DNA from: Lama guanicoe
Lineage: Eukaryota
Direction of reading: 5' to 3'
Length of the DNA stretch: 64,000 nt
Assembly (NCBI GenBank): GCA_013239625.1
Contig: MU054187.1
Location: 23,870,795 to 23,934,794 of the forward strand
This document shows, in pieces, positions 51,517 to 64,000 of this stretch (position 1 is its first letter; each line of letters opens with the position of its first letter). Under the pieces are notes generated by a model, which made no database searches, had not been told where the DNA came from, and saw only the letters and a list, made by a program, of their open reading frames with translations. The position numbers were made by a program, and so were the translations under genes.

Positions 51517-52154
51517 TGATGCAGGAAAAAGGATGTGGGGCATGAGGAGGGCCATGTCTCAGGTCTTGGTTAAGTCCCTGGGATGTGCCCTACCAAGCAT
51601 GGGTCCTTGGCTTCATGCAGGAAAGAATTCAAGAGCGAGCCACAGTTGAATTAAGGTAGATTTATTTAGAGAGATACATTGAAAGGCAAGAAAAAGGCCA
51701 TAAGGTATGGGGGTTGGGTGCTCAGATTAGAGTAAAAGCAGGTACACACTCCATAGACAAGAGTGCGGGCTGTCTCTGAAGAGGGAGAGAGAGAAAGAAG
51801 GTGGCCACAAGGTGCTCTGTTGCCAGTTTTTATGGGCTCAGTGGCTTCATATGCTAATAAGTGGAACTACCAGTCTAATTAGCCAGGGGAATGGGATGGG
51901 ATTCCCAGAAAGTTGGCCATTTCCCACACATTGACCTTTTGTGGCTAGCCTTGGGACTGCCATGGGTCCTGGGGACATGTTATTCACCATGCTAATGTTA
52001 CAATGGGTGTATAATGAAGCTCATGGTCTACTAAAAGTCAAACCTCCCATCATCTTGAGCCTCAAGGCCAACTAGGGGTTGAATCTTTCACCATTCTGGT
52101 GTTAACTGCTGTGTTGTTCCTTGAATGGCTGAGACCAGCCCCCTTCCAGTCTGA
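51517..52154 (-). mobile_element. ERV1-type solo LTR
   Basis: Colinear with 44747-45310; TSD gtag/atag. Confidence 0.92.
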
Positions 52155-52180
52155 ATAGTGTTTGTGTTCAAAGTATGGTT

Positions 52181-52204
52181 GTGTGTGTGTGTGTGTGTGT
52201 GTGT
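52181..52204. repeat. (GT)n microsatellite
   Basis: Read directly. Confidence 0.95.
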
Positions 52205-53499
52205 TTGTTTTTGGATTTCATTTACTCGGCCTTTCTTTTATCTATAATTTTAACAAATCCAAATAAAGTTAATGAGTAATGAGTGAATATTTTTCTAGTT
52301 ATCAATAATAAAGCATATAAATTAGACATTAAAGAACGATTTGTGGGAGAACAGGATGGTGGTTGAGAAGTGTACTACAGATTGAACTTTCAGGTTTCAA
52401 GGGCTCAGCAGAATCTAGTTGTCAAAGTTACCACCTCTACAGGGACTTCTCTGGAGAAGAGCCATGATCAGAGCATCTTTCACTGGGAAGTAAAATCGTG
52501 AATAGGAGAGACCCCACCTCTTTCACTCTGGCACAAGCATAGCCTCCTTACATGGCAGGAAATCACTCAACCTACTTTATAAAAATTCCTTCCTACTGGC
52601 TTTCTCTACTAAAGTCAAGTCTAGACTTCAAATATAATTAATAGGTAGAAGAATATCTTCATTATTTTCTGGAAAAATTAATAGCTTTTATTGGTCTAAA
52701 AATTTCATGTATTGAACTGTGTTAAGTTTAATGAAAAATGCATTGAGCTTTCATTTAACTGTCCTTGGAGAAAGAACACTGGCAACTTGATTAAAATTAT
52801 TAGGCTTATGGTAAGAAGCTGTATGTCATTTTTGATGCAAAAAATAATCTTTTAAGGATTGGAAATATTCTCTAGGTTTAGACAAAAATAGTTTCAACAA
52901 GATGAGTGAAAATGAAAGGAATTTCATGATTACAATTGACCTAAAAGTCAAGAGAAAGATGTTTGTGAAGGAAAAGAAAAGACTGGACAGTGTACAATTG
53001 GTTGTAGGTAAATATCAACAAATACGTTATTCCAGAGAAACATGACATCTTGTAGGGAGAAAGAATGACTTTATGACCTGAAAACAGCAAACCACTAATC
53101 TTTTGCCCAGACAATAACTAGCCTGCGGTTGGGCAGGCAAAGAAGCCAGTCAAGTGGCATTAATAATACTAGATAAGAGAAGAGACATCTCTCGTTAGAA
53201 AATGATACAACTAATAGACGACTCATAATATTCCTAGAGATGGTCACCATCAGAATTGTTTTGTGATTCAGAATGGAAGCCAGAAACAAATGGATCTGAA
53301 ATGTGTAATAACAATTATCAGATAGAATTTCCAGAAGACTACCAAGGTGAGTGCCATAACATAAATCCAAGACATCACCAACATGGCAACTGAAGCAACA
53401 ATTATTATATTTACAGAAAGAAGCACTATAAAAACAATACATATCATTAACAATGTTTAAAAGTAAAATAAATATTCATTAAGGTATTATTTATTTTAA

Positions 53500-55330
53500 A
53501 AATAATAAAACATTGCCTGTACATTAAATGGTCTCTGAATTTTACTCTAATTGGATCCCGTTCTTTCTCAAGATATCTATTATCCTATATTTTTGTCTCT
53601 TTTGTAATGCATGTAAATGGAGTATATGTACTTTCATTACCTTCTTTGTTAAATACTATTCCAGAATTCATCCCTGATGATTTGGGTATTTTATTCATTT
53701 TCACTATGTTGTATTTGATTCAATGCATATACTACAATTTATCTACCCATTTTACTAGTAATTGACATTTTCCTAGGTTAAAAAAAATATTACAAAAGTT
53801 ACTACTTTAGCTCTTTTGTACATGTCTCCTGGTACACATTCAGAGTATATGCCTTAGGGTGGAATAGTTGTGTTAAGAATCTGTGTATGTGCAACTTCAC
53901 TACATATTGCCAAAATATTTTGAAAAAATTATTCACCAAGTCATATCCCAAGCAGTATATGAATAGTCATAATGCATATATAAACACTTGATATTGTCAC
54001 ACATCTTAATTTTTTCTTGCAGGAAAGTATAACTTTTTCTTATTGTATATTATTTTTATTCATCCTGCTACTGAACTCAGGTTCAGTTGCTCCCTGTGCA
54101 AAAGCCAATAATCCAGAGGCAAGAGTCAGTGGAAAGGAAAGATGCTTTATTCAGAAAAGCTGGTGATCTGGGAGAGACGGTGGACTCATGTCCAGAGACC
54201 ATCTCCAAAGATTCTGCTATGCCATGACAATTTTTAAAGGGAAAAGGGGAACAATCTCAGTTAATCATTAAGGTAAGGGCTTTTAACTCTTTGATTTATT
54301 TCATTTTATTTTTATTGTGTGCAGGCCCGCTGGCTTCTCCTGATTCTCCTTTGGATGCTATCTTGTCCACATGGTCTGCCTGCAGGTTTGCTAGGGGGGT
54401 TAGAGTCAGTTACCCTTTAACTACTTAATTCTTCATTTTTACTCCTTCTAGCCCAGGAAATGAATCAACTGATTAGGCAAGGCTTTGTGCACATCCAGTA
54501 AAGCAAAAATCAGCAGTCAGGTTGAATGTTGCCTAGTGATCTCACTCTTATATTAAGGTCTCAGGAGAACAGGGAAGAACAAACATAAGAGGAGCAAAAG
54601 AGTTGCTTACAATCTGTTTAATAATAATACTCAGCATCCTTTTAGTAGAATTGTTGCCATTATTTGTTCTTCTCTAAATTGATATTTTTTGCCACCTTTT
54701 TTATGGTATTGATAACACTTTTCTTATTGATTACAGGACTCATTTATGAAGGTCAATATTTGAGCCATTATCGATTATTTGGGTTCTTATTTGTCAACTT
54801 GTGGTTTGTCTTTTGCTCTTAGTTTAGTTTAGTATCTTCAGATAAACAATTTTTGTGTCTTCTTTAAGAAACACTGCTTACCACAAAATCAGAGATAATC
54901 TCCTTTATTGGTTTCTAAAAGATCTGTAGCATTGTGTTTAATGCTTAAGTGTTCATTCTACCTGAAATTGATTTTATGTATTGTGTGAGGTAGGGATCAA
55001 TTTGTATTTTCTATAGGGCTAAATCAAGTGTACAAGCACAGTGCCCACTCAGTTTGAGTCAAGTTTTTATACATACACGGATATGTTTCTTTGCTTTCTA
55101 TTCAGCTCTATTGACCTACTTGTTTATATTGCTAAATTCACTATGATATCATGATAAGTATTAATATATTATACTGCAATTCTTCCCACGTCATTATTTC
55201 TTATTAGAAGTATATTGCTTATTGTTGGGTTAATGGTGTCCATATCAATTTTAGAGCCACTTTGTCAAATGCTATAAAAAATCCTGTTACGATTTGAAAC
55301 ATATTGAATTGAAGTCGGAGATAAACTTAA
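53500..55330 (-). mobile_element. Ancient L1 (L1ME/L1MD-like) 3' portion, split by an LTR
   Basis: 'gtacatgtctcctggtacac', 'cctgaaattgattttatgtattgtgtgaggtagggatc', 'ccatatcaattttagagccactttgtcaa'. Confidence 0.7.
54066..54611 (-). mobile_element. ERV1-type solo LTR
   Basis: 'tgctactgaactcaggttc...aaagccaataa...gctttattcag...gcttaca'; TSD atcc/atct. Confidence 0.88.
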
Positions 55331-55499
55331 CAAAATTTCTTTCCCGTAGCGGATGAGTGTCAATGGACTTGGACAAAAAAGCTTATGAGCAACTAGTCAG
55401 CATCACTGCATTGGTGATTCACAATGAAAGTCAAGCAACAGGAAAAAATAGATTTGAAATGCTGTGCCTGAGGCAAGCTTGTCTCCCCACAGCTCTGAA

Positions 55500-56113
55500 T
55501 CTGTGAATGAATTATCAATTACATGAATCTTCTAGCCCAGATAGATCCTTCTTTCTAATCTCATTAGATGGATTGGCCATTTACTCAAAAACAGCAGAAT
55601 CGTCTAAGGCTCTCATCCTCCCCTTAGCTTCTCCCTATCGTTATGTGAACTGATCAATAAATTTAATTAATACAGCCAACTAAATATCTCTTCAACCCAT
55701 CATGCTCCTCAGACCTGCTTATTCTTCCTGACTTAGTCCATGTCCTTGTTTCTTCAGGCCTCACGTTATGAAAAAGCATGTTTACATCTCCCCCTCCGTC
55801 AGGTTCCTTTGCCCTCTCATCACTGCCTTATAACTTCACCACTAGAGGTATCTCTTTGACCCTCAGAGTGTCTAATAATGTAAACCCCTGCTTAAGAGAC
55901 AGTAACTGCTGTAACTTTTACAAAATAAAGGCCAAACTCTTTAGACATTTATATAAATTTTTTTTCATAATTATCACTCAGCTTATCATTTTAATGACAT
56001 GTATATTACTGGTCTAGTACTGAGCTACCTCTATATAATATAACATACCAACCTTTTCCACATTTTCTTGTCCTTGGCTCATCCTCCTCCTCCTTGGAAA
56101 CATCCCTCCCCCG

Positions 56114-56163
<50 letters not shown>

Positions 56164-56415
56164 AAACTTCTCCTAATCATCTTTCACTATCAGCCTCAGA
56201 AAGGACATCTTCAAGCAGAAATTCCTTCATTTAGCTGCCACTTGTATAAACTTCTATCATTGCAACTAATTTTGTAATTCCTTATTTACTTCTCTTCCCC
56301 TCAAATGCAATGTGAGAACTTTAAGGACAAGAATCTTGTCTTGTGCTTCTGCTTTTGATTCTCACTACCTAGGAAAGTGCTTGGTCTACAGAGCATTAAT
56401 TAAATGAGGAGATGA
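55500..56415 (+). mobile_element. L2 relics
   Basis: 'aaaataaaggccaaactctttagacat' and the 3' end 'tgtgagaactttaaggacaagaatcttgtctt...cctaggaaagtgcttggtc'. Confidence 0.6.
56117..56163. repeat. Compound (TC)n(TG)n microsatellite
   Basis: Read directly. Confidence 0.95.
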
Positions 56416-56746
56416 ATTAAAATGGTATCCACCATAACCCTAATAGTTGAAGTGTTTAGTTTTCTCTCTGGAGCTCAGAAAAATATTTTGTAGCAAGAAG
56501 TTATTCTATGATGAAGAGGAACCCATGTATGTTCAGTTGATCAGCAGAAGGCAACTCTAAATTAATTATCACATTAAATGACATTCATAATACAACTCAC
56601 TTATAGATATTATTAGCATCAATTTGATGGATACAATGAATGACTCTGGTAGAACAGAAATGGTATGAATAAGGCTAAGTGATGAGACAAATTGAGCAAG
56701 TAAAAGCTAAGCTTTGGTAAATAAGAAGATACACTGTATTTTTATT

Positions 56747-56939
56747 ATAGTTGTCAGATTTAGCAAATAAAATACAAAACACTGAGATAAATTTGAGTTT
56801 CAAGTAAACAATGACTACTTTTTGTTTTTAAGTATAAGTATGTTTCATGTTTTGGGGGACATATTTATATTTAAAAAAACATTTTTAAAATCCAAAATTT
56901 AAATGTAAATGGACTCCTGCATTTTATCTGACAAACCTA
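56747..56939 (+). mobile_element. MER53-like palindromic hAT MITE
   Basis: Terminal inverted repeats 'gttgtcagat'...'atctgacaa'; internal 'ttagcaaataaaatac' and 'agtataagtatgtttca...gggacatatttatat'. Confidence 0.85.
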
Positions 56940-57099
56940 ATCTGTATGCTAAATCAAACTTAAATGCTAAATTAGAACCTAAGAAGGGCCTGGAAGATAC
57001 ACTTGAAGTCTGGTCACTAGCAGAGTTCATTTTGTCCCTTGAGATCTAAGTAAGTGTGTCTTGGAACTACCTTTTCTCTGTTTTACTTAAAAAAAAAAA

Positions 57100-58980
57100 G
57101 TTTCCCAGAATCCCAGAAGAGCTCTAAAATTTTTAGGAACTCCTTTTTCTTATACTTCCTGTCTCAGTTCTCTTGTTCTCTGCATTGTATTTTATGGCTG
57201 TTCTCTTATTTCTCCCCTAACAAAATATCAAGCTAAAGTCTTGCATGTTTGAGACAGATTTTCCATATATTCACATACAAGTATAGCACAGATCTCACTC
57301 ATTTCAGTTTGTGTTATACATTCTCCTGACTAAGCAGGGAAAGTAAAGCGGGTTAAGCCTCTGATCCTTTGTAGCATCATAAAATAATTTAAATCCTTGT
57401 TTTAAAACATCCTTTGGTGATTGCCTTTTCTTGCTAGACTCTCCCTTCCTAACTATTTTGATTTACACACTTTCAAGGCAAGAGGAAGGAAATCTCTTTT
57501 TTTATATGTAAAGTTATGAAGACCTTCCATGCTCTCACCCCAAATGCAGCCTGAGAGCGCCCTTCACACTTCCCAAGACCGTGTTGCTGTGGATACTGCT
57601 GCTTGCAGCAGTCTGAGTAGGAAAAGCCTTTTTCCTACCTATTGGCTTGCAGGAGAGCTGGTGGTTTTCTTCATCCAGTTATAGACTCAACTGAACTTTG
57701 AACAGGCTTTCCACCAGGTAGTGTCACCCTTATTTACTGACAAGTAAGACTCCTACCCTGGTCCCATATTTTGGAATGCCTTCCCTTAAAAAAAAAAAAA
57801 AAAAGCCCTCTTTTAGTGACTTGGACCCCCACCAGTTCTGGTGGTCTCATCCAGGCCCCAGCCCACATGAGCCTTGCACTTTTTTTTCCCCCCTAAGGGT
57901 TATTTCCAACCTGCTTTCATGTGGAGTAGATCAGATTCTTGGAGGCTTTCCATGACTTGCATCCATGAGATTTTCCGGGGAACTCTGGCCACGCCCAGTT
58001 CGAAGGTGGCAGCCTAGCGAGGAGATTGCTCCTATTGGTTCTCCCACCTAGCTCATGGTATTTTCCTAGAGGTTGAAATACCTTCAGGGGAAAACCTAAC
58101 ACCATGTTTTAATTAAAATAAAGAATATAAAAGCTTTGGAGCCCTCCAAAAGGGTTGACACAATTTTAAATATTCAATAGTATGTTACACTGAGATTTTG
58201 AGGGTTAATCGGATGTTAGAAGCACCCTGGAGTATAGTTAGAAGTGCACTGTCTTTTGGTTGATGTCAGATTCTTGGAACACAAGATAGCAATTCAAATT
58301 GTATCCATTCTTCCACACACTTTCAACATAAGAGAAAATAAATGAGTAAAATGCAGAAAGGGAGCAATAAATCAGTATTATCCAAGAGCTACACATATCA
58401 AAAATGTTTTTAAAGATTTTTGGAAAGGAAGCCTGTTATTGTTGTGCATTTTGGGGAGTACTGAGGATACAGAATGAATAGCTATTTGCAAGATGACTTT
58501 CCAGACTTGACCCATTCACACAAGTCTCTAACATCGTAGGATCCAGAAGGGGAGAATGTATGCCATAAGTCCAGGGGCCCCATTCTTTACAGATTTTCCC
58601 TTCTTATGCACTTTGCACACATGCCCACTCTACCAACACCACCACCAACAGCAGCAAACTTGCATAATTACTGGTTACAGAAAATGTGCAGAATTCCTAG
58701 GAAATATTCATGCTTCATCCTTTTTAACCTGGATGACATAGTAAGAGCTTTCAGAGAAGAATTCAAGAGGCAAAAGGTAAGAACAGGCTTTTTAATGTGA
58801 TTTTTTTTTCTATTTAAAACAAAGCTTTGTTTCTTTGTTTGTTTTTTTTTTCCATTAAAATTCAAATATCTAGGAGGTTCTATTTCATCTGCTATGTGTC
58901 AAAAGTTAACATTAAAATAATCTCACCCAAAATTCTTTTTAGAGTCACTTTTTGCATGTTACAAATACATTTCTAAGAAC
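57100..58980 (+). promoter_or_regulatory. Putative promoter / non-coding first-exon region of an unidentified gene
   Basis: Repeat-poor, moderately GC-raised, six STAT-type palindromes, strong donor AAG|GTAAGA at 58776/58777. No transcript evidence available. Confidence 0.35.
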
Positions 58981-60553
58981 TAAACATGTACTTAGAATAA
59001 AATTTTGAAAGTGAAGCAGTTTAGCATAGGTTGTCTTAATCGCTCCTAGCTGCAATGATGCTTACCAGTTTTACAGATGAGCAGCTAAGGCTCAAAGAGC
59101 ACATATTTAATAAGTCCTAAAGCTTAAATTAGAATCTTGTTCTTTAGTTTCTTAATTTAGTGTATTTGTTTACCCACAAGCCTTCCTATAATGCTACAAA
59201 ATAAAAAGTCACTGGATTGTTACTGCTTGTGATTTCATAATACAAAGTGTTTAATCTGTCATTTCCCATTAAAGGAAAAAAAAAACTTTGTGTTTTCACT
59301 TGTTCACCTTATGATTCATCACATTACTAGAGGCTGTCCAACACTGCTGGAGAAAATCATTGTTATTTTTATTACCATAATCACCAAGACCTTTTCTACT
59401 TTTAACATAGTAAACAGAAAAATAGTTCATAAAGTTCTTATAAGCCTAAACATTAAAAAAAAAAGATATTCTATCACATAGAAAATCTCATGTATGTGCT
59501 AAAAAGAGAAATTCAGTAACTAATCAATAGTTCATTGTTATGCATTTGTTGGAGTTTTAAAATATTTTTTATCTGTCTGTTTGATTGTATCAGTCACATT
59601 TAAAGGCAAATAATTTTACCCTTTGCTTTCTTACTGTCTCCAAACTAAACTACCCTGAGTGCTGTTATATAGATAATTGTTAAATGAAATTTACAGATGT
59701 TTATGGTTATAAAGTTGACCTACACACCATATACCAGCCACACATAGAAGGTGAAGTTTTCTATTTTAAATGCAACGAATTTATGGCATTGGATATCTGC
59801 TCTGATTTTTCTTTCCTCTTAGTCTCCCCCAGCTGGTGCCAAGAATTTCTCTCATGAGCTTCAATGTCTTCTGTGATGAAGCACTTATCTCCTGGGAATG
59901 GTGACATGTGGATTTATATTTTCTCTAACTTGTAAATGTATTATCCCAGAGCTTCTGGGAGGACAGCTTTGGATAAAGTGATTGGGAGAACTTGAGACGG
60001 GTGGAAGTCTAAAAATTCAATACGTGTGTGCCAGAGTTGTGGAATGACTAGAAAAGAGTGAGAAAGGAAGGTTAAATCACTTAATTGTATCTACATCAAT
60101 TCCTTCTCAATCTGCCTCCTTCTCTCTCTCTCCCTCTCTCTCTGGCTCTTTCTGCCTCGCATTCTCACATTTTGTGAAGTTCACAAAATAAACATCGTCA
60201 TGAATATCTGTAACGGCAAAGATAAAAGTGACTTTTACTTGTTGAATCCACTGTTAGTTTTGATTTTCAAAAACTGAATGGCAGGCCACTTACTAATGTG
60301 CCACCTTAATTTGCTTCCTTAGATTGGCAGACAGATTAGTTTTGGATTTTCACCAATTTTTGTGAAACACCAAAGCTGCTTTTGAGGCATACACATGAAA
60401 CTGGGTCAGGGCTGAATGCCGCATTCTTCTATGTATCAGCTGAAGTAATTTGATGTTTTCTCTCTTCTCTGTCTTTCAAGGACCTCTAATGTGATCTTAA
60501 AGTGTTTTCTTTTAACCTATATTTCTATACTTGACCATCTAAATATGAATCCT

Positions 60554-60572
60554 GTGTGTGTGTGTGTGTGTG
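60554..60572. repeat. (TG)n microsatellite
   Basis: Read directly. Confidence 0.9.
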
Positions 60573-61362
60573 TTGCATATTCTGGGTGTATACACCTTCA
60601 CTGGTAATCCTAAAATAGCACAGCAAAGGCAATAACTTGCAATCATAAATTATTCTTTTGCAAAAGTGTATAAGGAGACAGTGGAGTTCACACTCAATGG
60701 CGCATTTGTTACTAGCCTGATGCACAGTTGAGCAGTAATGAATTGGGCTAATGCGCATCCCTGTGGTTAAAATGCTCAGTGACTACTTTTGATAAGGAAG
60801 AGTGTCAGTCATATTTTTTTCCTGACCATCTTTAAAAGAGTTCAGTCCTCTTATTTTACCAAATGAAAATTGAAATCCAGTCTGGAGCTGGTGAGAATTT
60901 ACTCCCACCTTCCCTCATTGTCGCCCTGGAACAGTGCCCTCCATTGTCACTGGCAGCTTAAAAAAAAAAGTGTCCTTTGAAAGGTGAAAATGCTGAAATT
61001 TATTATCACTCTCCCTTTGTAATGCCAAATGATAGCATTAGAGAGTTTTGTTCTTAACATGCCATTTTCTTCCATGGGACCTAATTGCATTTCTCCTTTA
61101 CCATCTATCCCATCCATCACCATGTACACTTTGTAAAATAGATGAATCTCTTCAACATTTAGGGTAACATAAGCACAGAGTTTAAGTGACTTGCCAGAAC
61201 CACAGCCACTTAGTTGTCAAGTCTGCCTTGAAAAAAACAAATAAACACGATTTCTAATTCTGTGCCCATAAATTAACCTGTGTAACCTAGTAATTGAAGC
61301 TTCGGTTTGCCTTGTAATTTGTTGAAAGGGCTAACAACACTTGACAGAGAGCTTACTCTGCA

Positions 61363-61858
61363 ATATGCATGTCAAGTTGAAACTTCAGACTTCAAATGTT
61401 TTGACTTTATGACAGTGCAAAAGCAGTAGCATCCAGTAGAAACTAGACTTCAAATTTTGCATTTTGATCTTTTCCCAAGTTGGTGGTATGTGGTATGACT
61501 CTCTCATAACGCTGGGTGGCAGCACTGAAGCCCCTGGTCAGCTACGTGGTCACTAAGGTGAGCAACCAGTACACTTACAACCTTTATGACCTAGAAAGTC
61601 ATTCTGTGTTTCACTTTCAGTACAGCATTAAATACATTACATGAGACAGTCAACATTTCATTGTAAAATCAACGTTGTGTTAGATATTTTACCCAGCTGC
61701 AGGCTAATGAAAGTGTTCTGAGCACATTCAAGGGAGGGTAGGCTAAGGTACGACGTTTGGTAAATTAGGCGTGTTAAATGCATTCTAGGCTTACAATATT
61801 TTCAGTTGAAGATGGGTTTATTGGACCATAACTGTATCTTACACTGAAGGAAGATCTA
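61363..61858 (-). mobile_element. MER47/Tigger5-type DNA transposon
   Basis: 'gtgttctgagcacattcaag...gtaggctaagg...gtgttaaatgcatt...caatattttcagttgaagatgggtttattgg' is the reverse complement of the MER47 5' arm. Confidence 0.82.
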
Positions 61859-62029
61859 TTAGGAAAGGTACATTTTCATGAATTTATCTCAGGCCCAATT
61901 ATTTTGCTAGGGTGTCAAGCATGTTTACAAATCTAGGAAAGCCTGTGCTGATTCTAGCCTCTAAAGGAAATTGTGTGGTCGTTTCTTTTTTATACTCTCC
62001 CATGGCTTACTCCTTAATCATCACACATC

Positions 62030-62315
62030 ATCACATGTCACTCGTGTCACAGTACTGACCACTGTAATTGTTTGCTTGTCTATTCATCCTTGAAGACCTC
62101 ATTTAATATTCATCACTCTGTTTCTAGAAGTTAGTATGAATCATAGATATCACTCAATGAGGGTGTTTGTGAATAAATAAAAGTAGCCTAGCACTTTGGG
62201 GAGTAGACTGTAAGCTACACGAAGGTTTGAACAAAGTCAGTCTTCTCTTTCTCTGCCCAGGCCCTACCGCAACGTCTTACACATAGTACACATTCGATAC
62301 AATTTGTTGAATTTA
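62030..62315 (+). mobile_element. Two L2 3'-end relics
   Basis: 'cactcaatgagggtgtttgtgaataaat' and 'agactgtaagctacacgaagg...cacatagtacacattcgatacaatttgttgaat'. Confidence 0.6.
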
Positions 62316-64000
62316 TCAAATTTCACACATGCATGCAAACACAAAGAGGCAGTTTATACCACATCATACTTGCTTTTTTTTTTAAATCCTCTGATTGTCA
62401 AAACTTGTAGAATTCAGTTTTCCTGTTATTACCAGGAATGTAGGAGTTCAGATGAATACTGAATTTTGGTTGTCAGCTTTAAGAGAAAGTAAAGGCAAAG
62501 AGAAATTTCTCTTCAATGTCCGTATTTAAAAGCTCAACAAGTATTCTCTTTTCTCCTCTTTCAGCAGTGAAATAAGTGGCTATTTGTTTACTTTTGTTCT
62601 GTGAATATATGTTTGCTTGTGTGGCTGAACACAGACCCATGGCTATTGCTTAATGACAGGGCAAGTTATACGGCCAGGCAGCACAGGGAAAAAAATGTTC
62701 AAAATTACTATTTGTAGAAAACTCTTCATACACTATGAAAAATATTTCTTTACCAAGGATGTTCAAAAAAATTCTTTGTAATGGAATGCCTTATTTCTTA
62801 GAAATACAGCATTCATTGTGATAAAATATGACTTGTTAGGTATGAACCTCAAGGGACAATCTTGATCATTGCTCATATTGTAGTTTTGTTAGAATATTAC
62901 CAGAAACATAAAATAAAAATATACATATTATATATGCCTGCTTATGTACAGTAAATGTATCTATGTGTATATATGAGGGTGTGTGTGTGTGTGTTTATAT
63001 TTTTTTCTTTGAATAAGGTATCTAGGAACATAATTTACCTAATTTTGCAGGAGAAAACTGAGGTCATAAAGATAAAAACATATCTTTTTTGTTCTCTGAA
63101 ATTCATTATTTGTGGTGAGATATTCTGAATCTTGCACATAGAACTTCTGGTTGTGAGATAACCTCTTGATCAGGGACATGTTACAAGTTTTACAAATATT
63201 ACGTACCTATCTTAAACTGCTGGAGTAAATGTATTTTATTGTCATTTATATGCTTGATGTCTGCTTCTAATAAAAATTAATTGTGAAAGAGTACATAAGA
63301 CATGCAGAAGGAAGGAATACTTAGAAGACACTGAGGGCACTACAGAAAAATGTCATTTCAATTCTCTTCTATATACCAAGGAAGATCAAACATTTCCTCT
63401 GGACACTTCCTTTTTGATACCATATTGTCTGTGTAAAAATCTAACAGTGCTACCATCAAAATGCTATTTTTTTTTTAGCAAAATATAAGCTAGTGACAAT
63501 CTTGTTAACTTTCCTAGCCTCATATTTCAGAATATTATTAATACTTCAAAAGTATCTGATTTCAGTTTATCCTTAAGAAAATACATTTAAACATGGGAAA
63601 ATTACCTAGTATCTTGAAAGGAGCTGCACGTACATAACATAGATATTTACATATAACTGACATTCAAAACCAGACAACTTTTTTCCATTTTTTGGTTTAT
63701 TTTACATTTGATAATAGTTGAAGTCATCTTGGCCTGGTTTTTTTTCTATAGGAAGAAAGCCTCAATGAGAATTCCAGAGATTGTAAACTGTTAAACAGAT
63801 GTATTGATTTTCAAGGTTTCACTCCACAGGAACTAGACTAAATTTCAATGCCAAGAAAAAGCAATTTATAAAGTAGAAACAGGAAATTCTTTAACTTTCT
63901 AGAAACTTAAAAAAAATACTAAATAATTCTTGAGTTCTTAAACTCAAGAAAAATATTGGCTGGATTGCTCCCTGAAACATTTCCACCATCTCTCAGGCAG

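Noticed and set aside
44747..52154. Two same-family direct LTRs 6.8 kb apart as one provirus
   Set aside because: Each has its own flanking duplication (aaaa/aaag; gtag/atag), and the interval holds other repeats and no retroviral genes.
58556..58800. Short ORFs (61 and 64 aa) as a coding first exon
   Set aside because: No recognisable protein; lengths are at background level. A reading frame spliced at 58776 cannot be excluded.
1..64000. CRISPR arrays, tRNA/rRNA genes, NUMTs, non-retroviral viral inserts or a prokaryote-style novel system
   Set aside because: None seen. The DNA is mammalian, and the remaining short ORFs are repeat fragments or chance.

Overview
AT-rich, repeat-dense mammalian DNA, mostly intergenic. 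It is probably camelid: the young L1 3' tails read 'tgctgtacaccagaaattgacacattgtaactgactatacttcaa', and I saw no Alu, Bov-A/Bov-tA, PRE1 or Can-SINE. That assignment is inference. No intact protein-coding exon can be supported. Main contents: (1) a near full-length, decayed minus-strand L1 (~5.06-13.26 kb) with target-site duplication (TSD), a monomer-built 5'UTR and two younger nested L1 insertions; (2) a CpG-rich, 5'-truncated processed pseudogene of C19orf44 (DUF4614) at 29.19-30.30 kb, sitting at the apex of a fold-back L1 insertion; (3) about nine ERV1-type solo LTRs, several with 4-bp TSDs, including a nested pile at 44.6-47.6 kb; (4) an MLT1 LTR-int-LTR provirus splitting a MIR; (5) ancient DNA transposons (MER8, MER58A, MER53, MER47/Tigger5), MIR and L2 relics; (6) a repeat-poor block at ~57-60.8 kb with clustered STAT/GAS motifs and good splice signals, possibly the promoter or non-coding first exon(s) of an unidentified plus-strand gene. 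Repeat family names come from remembered consensus sequences, not a database search. I see no convincing new biological system; the best leads are unusual retrotransposition products.
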